A stretch of DNA of 64,000 bases. It comes from a virus. Every line of letters begins with the position of its first letter. Position 1 is the first letter of the stretch. The notes under the pieces were generated by a model that saw only the letters and a list, made by a program, of their open reading frames with translations, was not told the origin of the DNA and searched no databases. Position numbers and translations under genes: made by a program. The stretch covers positions 23,946 through 87,945 of the IMG/VR virus record IMGVR_UViG_3300012931_000018; one strand, written 5' to 3'. Positions 58,650 to 64,000 of the stretch are shown one piece after another.

Positions 58650-59234
58650 ATGATAACTATTCAAGATATCAACAAGGCAAAGACTAATAGAAAGTATTTG
58701 CTTGAAATTTATCATAAAATATTTTTCGATGGTAAAAAGCCAAAATTAAAAATGTGGTTAATAAATAATGGTATTAGAAATAATGATATTGAAGATATGG
58801 AACAATTGATGGCAATTACTTTTGTTGTAAATCTTTATAAATATAATTACAGTAAGATACCATTTGAGAAATGGATTTGGGTAAAGTTTAAGCAGTGCCT
58901 TGAAAATTATCGTTTTCAAAAAAAGTATATTAAAAAGAATTCAAATATCATTTCATTGACTGATATAATTGAAGATAATAATGATGAGTTTTTAAGGAAA
59001 TTAGATATAGGATATATTAATGAAGATGATATGGTTGATTATGATTTTAATAAAATTATATCGGCTATGAATAATATTCAAAGTTTCATTTCTAAATGTA
59101 AATTTTATAATGGTTGGTCAAATAAAGAAATAAGAAATTATTTGAATGGTAAAGGAATTTCGGATAAGCAATTTGATGAAGAATTAAAAAATGTAATTAA
59201 TGTTTTCAATTCTTATTTGAATGGGAAAATTTAA
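58650..59234 (+). CDS. RNA polymerase sigma factor (sigma70/ECF-like)
   Basis: Region 2-like DIEDMEQ...KYNYSKIPFEKWI; region 4-like FYNGWSNKEIRNYL. Confidence 0.7.
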   Translation: MITIQDINKAKTNRKYLLEIYHKIFFDGKKPKLKMWLINNGIRNNDIEDMEQLMAITFVVNLYKYNYSKIPFEKWIWVKFKQCLENYRFQKKYIKKNSNIISLTDIIEDNNDEFLRKLDIGYINEDDMVDYDFNKIISAMNNIQSFISKCKFYNGWSNKEIRNYLNGKGISDKQFDEELKNVINVFNSYLNGKI

Positions 59235-59318
59235 TAATAAAAACATTGAGGTGCAAAGTGAAAAATTAAAATATATTTATATTATGTATATTAACAATAG
59301 AAGTAATGGAGATTAAAA

Positions 59319-60485
59319 ATGTTTACAGGCATACAAATAGGTTATTACTTTTTAGATAAAGAAAGCAAAGATTTTAGCATTGTGTGTATTTCCGATAAGA
59401 ATATTGATAACGATGAATTGCTAAAAGATAAATTTGCAAAAATGTTATCCAACTTTTATATGTTTATAAAATCTGAATTCAGGGATATATTTTTAATTAG
59501 CACTAATGTTGTTGGATGGAATGCTAATACCAATCAATATATTGTTGAATATAATTTAAGGTGCATAAATACTGATTTTAAAAATATTCTTTACGAATTT
59601 AATAATGAATTTTATAATGAACAAACAATTAGTAAATTTAAAATGGAGTTAAAAATGAAATCACCGTATGAATTTTGGTCAATTACATCATTACAAGATG
59701 AATTAAAACGCCGTGGAATTTCAAATTACACCGATTATTCCGATAAAGAAAAAGCAATAAATTTTCTTAATGGGTTAGATCGAAAGAAAGGAAAAAATTC
59801 TAATACTCAATCTGAAAAACAAATAACAAAAAACAATGAACAAAAACAAATTAAAGGTAAAAACATGGGAACAAAAGATCAATTCAGCAAAATGAATGTA
59901 AAAGATTTAGTTGCATTCAAAAACGAAAACGGACTTGATTGCCGTTTACTTAAATCAATGTCAATTGAAGAATTACAGGATTCAGTTCGTCAAGCATATT
60001 CTAAAAAAACGAAAACTGAAAAAACATCTAAAAAAATCGAAAAGAAAGATGCTGTTAATTCAAATAAGAAATCATCAATTAAAGAAATTAAATCAGAAAA
60101 GAAATCGGAAAAATCATTAGCAAAGAAAACGGGAAAGAAAAAAGTCAATAGAGAATTGCTTGATGAATATGTAGAAAAGAGAAAAGCTGATAGAAAGAAA
60201 AGAGAAGCAGCAAGAAGAAAAAGTATGACGCCTGAATTGAAAGAAGAATTAAAAGCATTCAGAAATAAATTTAAAGATAAAAAGATCAACTGGAATAATA
60301 AGCTAAAGAAAGAAGGTTTATGGATTAATGGAATGAACTTCTTATCCAGTTATGAAAAATATAAAATATTAATTGCAAAAGGCAAAGATCAGAAAAAGTT
60401 ACTTGCTGCTGCTGAAGAAAAAGTAAAAGTTGTTGGAGAAACATTGAAAGGAATCTTTAAAAAGAAAAATAATATGTTATCTTAA
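59319..60485 (+). CDS. Multi-domain protein with Lys-rich, histone-like C-terminal half; probable internal starts
   Basis: In-frame SD plus ATG at 59655 and 59865; very basic C-terminus. Confidence 0.6.
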   Translation: MFTGIQIGYYFLDKESKDFSIVCISDKNIDNDELLKDKFAKMLSNFYMFIKSEFRDIFLISTNVVGWNANTNQYIVEYNLRCINTDFKNILYEFNNEFYNEQTISKFKMELKMKSPYEFWSITSLQDELKRRGISNYTDYSDKEKAINFLNGLDRKKGKNSNTQSEKQITKNNEQKQIKGKNMGTKDQFSKMNVKDLVAFKNENGLDCRLLKSMSIEELQDSVRQAYSKKTKTEKTSKKIEKKDAVNSNKKSSIKEIKSEKKSEKSLAKKTGKKKVNRELLDEYVEKRKADRKKREAARRKSMTPELKEELKAFRNKFKDKKINWNNKLKKEGLWINGMNFLSSYEKYKILIAKGKDQKKLLAAAEEKVKVVGETLKGIFKKKNNMLS

Positions 60486-60516
60486 ATTAAAGAAAAATAA
60501 TATGTTATCTTAAATT
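60461..60516 (+). repeat. 28-bp perfect tandem duplication across the stop codon
   Basis: AAAGAAAAATAATATGTTATCTTAAATT twice. Confidence 0.9.
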
Positions 60517-60526
60517 AACTACTGCT

Positions 60527-60560
60527 TAAAGGGCTGAATTTTTCAGCCCTTTATTTTATT
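60527..60560 (+). terminator. Rho-independent terminator
   Basis: TAAAGGGCTGAA-TTT-TTCAGCCCTTTA followed by TTTTATT. Confidence 0.8.
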
Positions 60561-60575
60561 ATACAGGAGATTTAT

Positions 60576-61061
60576 ATGAAAAGTAAATTTGAACTTGCTA
60601 AAAAAGGTAATATAAAAAAAATATATTCATTGTGGACAAAAACAGGGAAAAGAATATTTGGTCTTGGTGATTCTATAAATAATAAGAATGTATGGATATT
60701 TAGATGTGGTAGTGAAATCATTGGTTTTTGCCGGTATAATACTGATGAAGGAATAAAACTTGATTATTTGAAATTTTATGAAATTAAAATAGAACATAAT
60801 GATAAAAATACTATTAAAGTATTTTTTGATCATATAGATGATATTATATTGAAATTAGGTTATTATAAAGCAGAAGTTTTTGCCACTGATAAAGATATGA
60901 TATCAAAATTAATTGATGCTAATTGGTCTATAAAACAAAATAAATTTTCATTTGCTAATGAAAAGATATATTCTAATTTTATTTTTGAAAAAGATTTATC
61001 TAATAAAATAAATGATTGCAAAATAATAGATAAAAAATTTGGAAAATTAATTAATAATTAA
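60576..61061 (+). CDS. GNAT-fold-like protein
   Basis: WIFRCGSEIIGFCRY strand pattern; LIDANW resembles the GNAT C-terminal motif; tentative. Confidence 0.45.
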   Translation: MKSKFELAKKGNIKKIYSLWTKTGKRIFGLGDSINNKNVWIFRCGSEIIGFCRYNTDEGIKLDYLKFYEIKIEHNDKNTIKVFFDHIDDIILKLGYYKAEVFATDKDMISKLIDANWSIKQNKFSFANEKIYSNFIFEKDLSNKINDCKIIDKKFGKLINN

Positions 61062-61081
61062 ATTATAAAGAAAGGGAATTT

Positions 61082-62062
61082 ATGGAAGATACATTTGTAA
61101 TAATAGGTAAGGGGATAAGCGGGATAATGATGGCTGCTCAATTATCAATTAATTATCCTGAATCTAAAATTATAATTATTGATAAAGATAGTAAATTAAC
61201 TGAGCATGTTTTTCATTTGCATAGACCTATTGAAGATATTCCATCATTGAGTTCAAGAAATGGTCTTGTTATGAAAAAGTTTTCATCATCAACTTATGAT
61301 GGAAAGACAATTCATAATAATCCAACTATTGAAGATATAAATAGATATTCATTAAAAGTATTTGGTCACTTAAAAATAAATAATTCAGGTAACTCTAATG
61401 ATTTTACAATATTTCCTGTTGGAAAAGGAAAAATTGTACAAGCACTTAATGGAATGATAAATTCAGAATTTGTATTGGGTGAAGTTTCAAAGATAGATGT
61501 TAAGCAAAAAATAATAAGTATAAGTATGCCTGATAAGACAGTTAAGCAAATAAAATATAATTATCTTATAAATACAATATCTTTGCCAATATTTTTGAAA
61601 TTATGCAGAATAAAGCATTCAATAAATTTTGAAACATTTCCGTTTTACGGAGCAACTTTAAGAATTAATGAAACTGGATGTTATCAACAATTTATAAATT
61701 CATCTATTGATAATAGTAAATTAACAAGAGTTACGTTAATGAATGATGTTATATTTATTGAATCAATAGATAAATTTATTACTGATAATGATTTGGTTAT
61801 ATTAGAAAAAGTTTTTCAAAATAAATTTTCTAATTTAGATTTTTATAAAATAGTCCCTGGAAGAATAACTCCAATATCTAAAGAAATAAGAAAGCCATTG
61901 ATATATTGGTTGACTGAAAAATATGATATAATGCTGCTTGGTAGATATGGTTCATGGGCTTATAAAGTTGCTAATGATATTTGGGATGATGCTAAATTTT
62001 TAGTAGAATTAATAAACGTTAAACGACAATCAAAATTATTTGAAAAAGGATTTTTATTATGA
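61082..62062 (+). CDS. FAD-dependent oxidoreductase (UDP-galactopyranose mutase-like architecture)
   Basis: IIGKGISGIMMA FAD-binding start, YNYLINTISL, LLGRYGSW. Confidence 0.7.
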   Translation: MEDTFVIIGKGISGIMMAAQLSINYPESKIIIIDKDSKLTEHVFHLHRPIEDIPSLSSRNGLVMKKFSSSTYDGKTIHNNPTIEDINRYSLKVFGHLKINNSGNSNDFTIFPVGKGKIVQALNGMINSEFVLGEVSKIDVKQKIISISMPDKTVKQIKYNYLINTISLPIFLKLCRIKHSINFETFPFYGATLRINETGCYQQFINSSIDNSKLTRVTLMNDVIFIESIDKFITDNDLVILEKVFQNKFSNLDFYKIVPGRITPISKEIRKPLIYWLTEKYDIMLLGRYGSWAYKVANDIWDDAKFLVELINVKRQSKLFEKGFLL

Positions 62063-62778
62063 TATCTGAAAGAAAAAAACCTATTGTAAAATTGATAAGT
62101 ATAACAAAAGACCCTATAAAGGTTATTGCTTTTGCAAGAGATATTTCTGATCAAAAGGTAATACCACTTGTAACTAATGATATAAGTAATGAATATGCTT
62201 TATATACATTTAGAAAAGTATTATCTGAATATCACCAAACACCATTAGAATATATTAATACTGTTTGGTATTTAGATAATGTTAGTAGAGCATTTCAACA
62301 GCAACTAACAAGGCATAGAATAGGATTTAGTTTTAATATTCAAAGTATGCGATATATGGATGCCGGTAACTTTGCTAAAGAAATGAATTATCATATGCCC
62401 GGTACAGTTAAGGATGTTGAAAAATATCATCAAGGTATGCTTGTTGCTGAAAAAATTTATCGTGATGAAATTGAATCAGGTGAAACTGTTGAAGATGCAC
62501 GTGGTCATTTACCTATGAATGTTTTTTCGCCTATATCTATGGCTTGTAGTTACAGGGCATTAATTGGTTTGGTAAAACAAAGAATGTGCTGTGCTACTCA
62601 AGGTGAATGGAAAGATGTAGTCATTGGTATAAGATTTGAACTCGAAAAAATAAATCCAGTATTAATAGAACCGTTTGATTGTTTATGTGGAAGAGTTAAG
62701 AATGGCAAAGGATTTTGTAAAGTTCTTAAAATACCTGTTGATAAATATGGTAATAAAATAGGTAATAAAAATGAATAA
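62059..62778 (+). CDS. thyX: Flavin-dependent thymidylate synthase (ThyX family)
   Basis: HQTPLEY, VSRAFQQQLTRHRIGFSFNIQSMRY, EDARGHLP. Confidence 0.88.
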   Translation: MISERKKPIVKLISITKDPIKVIAFARDISDQKVIPLVTNDISNEYALYTFRKVLSEYHQTPLEYINTVWYLDNVSRAFQQQLTRHRIGFSFNIQSMRYMDAGNFAKEMNYHMPGTVKDVEKYHQGMLVAEKIYRDEIESGETVEDARGHLPMNVFSPISMACSYRALIGLVKQRMCCATQGEWKDVVIGIRFELEKINPVLIEPFDCLCGRVKNGKGFCKVLKIPVDKYGNKIGNKNE

Positions 62779-63118
62779 AGGAATTAGAACTAAAGTTAAT
62801 CGAGGAAAGATTAAGAATATTGATGCTGGGATAATTTTAAAAAAAGCATTGAAGACATATAATGAAAGAAGTAAAGACTATGGTAAACCGTATAAGCAGC
62901 ATGGTAAAATAATGTCTTTATTTTTTCCAAATGGTTTGATTCTAAAAACAGAAGATGACTTTAAAAGATTTGGAATGATAAATATAATTATTGCTAAAAT
63001 GCATAGATATATTAAAAATTTCAATGAAGGGAAAACACATATTGATTCATTACATGATATGGGTATTTATGCATTTTTACTTGAAGAAGTGGATAGGGAA
63101 ATATTTCACATAAAATAA
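62771..63118 (+). CDS. Small alpha-helical nucleotide-modification-associated protein
   Basis: ERSKDYG...KMHRY...DSLHDMGIYA pattern of the MazG-like/DUF1599-type fold. Confidence 0.55.
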   Translation: MNKGIRTKVNRGKIKNIDAGIILKKALKTYNERSKDYGKPYKQHGKIMSLFFPNGLILKTEDDFKRFGMINIIIAKMHRYIKNFNEGKTHIDSLHDMGIYAFLLEEVDREIFHIK

Positions 63119-63131
63119 ATGAGGAATAAAA

Positions 63132-63563
63132 ATGAAAATTATTAGAATTGTCTTAAGCTATTTAATTATAATTATTGGTTTTTATATCGCTATTAAAATA
63201 ATTTATGATGGTAACTGTACAATGTCTGATGATTTTGAAAACAATAAAACTATTGCTGCTAATATAAGTATTGTAGGAATATTTATATTGAAAATATTAG
63301 TTGGAATAGATTTGAGTTTATCAATAATATTTTTAGGATTGTGTATTTTCCCGTATCCATATAAAAATTACATAGATGATTCTTATTTGAAAAATACTGA
63401 TAATGATAAAATTCATGTATATGGTCAAGAAGCAGATATTTGGGCACAAGGTCATAAAAATATTATTTGCCCATATTTTGTAATTTTCTTATTATCTTTT
63501 CTTAAAATATGGTCTATTATATTTATTGAAAAAATAATTTTCTTTTTAGGTAATGAAAAATGA
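63132..63563 (+). CDS. Membrane protein
   Basis: Three to four hydrophobic segments. Confidence 0.6.
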   Translation: MKIIRIVLSYLIIIIGFYIAIKIIYDGNCTMSDDFENNKTIAANISIVGIFILKILVGIDLSLSIIFLGLCIFPYPYKNYIDDSYLKNTDNDKIHVYGQEADIWAQGHKNIICPYFVIFLLSFLKIWSIIFIEKIIFFLGNEK

Positions 63564-63573
63564 GGTGTATAAA

Positions 63574-64000
63574 ATGAAATATATATTAATAATGATTTGT
63601 TTTTTAGTTATAACTGTTGGAGTATTAATAGCCAGAAAGTTTAATTTATTTTTTATTGATAAAAAGAATAAAGTAAAAAAATTGATTATAAAAGTTAAAC
63701 CGTATGCTCAGGGGTCAAATTCAGATTTTTGGGAAATAAAATATAAAATTGATAATGGTGGCTGGAATATAATTTATAATCCATTTTTAAATGATTTATC
63801 AATATCAAACAGATATCACCCTATGTTATTTGCAAAATATGATAGTGCTGTTATATATGCAAAAGGTTTAACAATTGAAAAAATCAAAGAAAAAATAGAA
63901 GATGATGATAAATTATATTTTAATCATATTGAACAACTTCAAAAAAAGCATAAAGATTTTATTTCAAAAGAATGTATAATTGAAAAGGTAAGTAATGCTG
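63574..64000 (+). CDS. Membrane-anchored hypothetical protein, runs off the window end
   Basis: GAGGTG SD, ATG 63574, MKYILIMICFLVITVGVLIARK..., no stop before 64000. Confidence 0.6.
   Translation, partial: MKYILIMICFLVITVGVLIARKFNLFFIDKKNKVKKLIIKVKPYAQGSNSDFWEIKYKIDNGGWNIIYNPFLNDLSISNRYHPMLFAKYDSAVIYAKGLTIEKIKEKIEDDDKLYFNHIEQLQKKHKDFISKECIIEKVSNA

Noticed and set aside
1258-62154. Minus-strand ORFs in the track
   Set aside because: Nearly all are shadows of well-supported + strand genes, with no motifs or SDs

Overview
A 64-kb, very AT-rich segment of a tailed (siphovirus-like) bacteriophage genome. Essentially all real genes are on the + strand. Order: early hypotheticals and a repeat-rich non-coding block (1-3.7 kb); an envelope/glycan block (GT-C membrane glycosyltransferase, fcl, gmd); lysis genes; terminase, portal, MuF, ChaB-protease, scaffold and major capsid; signal-peptide-bearing spike/decoration proteins; a five-gene glycan-building cluster; neck, tail tube, frameshifted tail chaperone, tape measure and tail tip; two more signal-peptide-bearing fibre proteins; a replication module (SNF2, initiator-like, degenerate DnaC-like, DnaB, primase); a ~490-nt structured non-coding RNA followed directly by a hammerhead ribozyme; early genes, a sigma factor and a ThyX/FAD-oxidoreductase block. 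Signal peptides cleaving before Gln, D-S/T O-glycosylation sequons and clear Shine-Dalgarno use point to an FCB-group host such as Ignavibacteriota (inference). Most notable: (1) a ROOL-like large RNA apparently 3'-processed by a variant type II hammerhead; (2) fibre/spike proteins that look Sec-exported and in part O-glycosylated, with a phage-encoded GDP-fucose/glycosyltransferase toolkit; (3) a hairpin whose loop is antisense to an ACACAGGA motif found at many gene starts. I saw no tRNA, CRISPR array or integrase. All family calls are by-eye motif recognition, not database searches.
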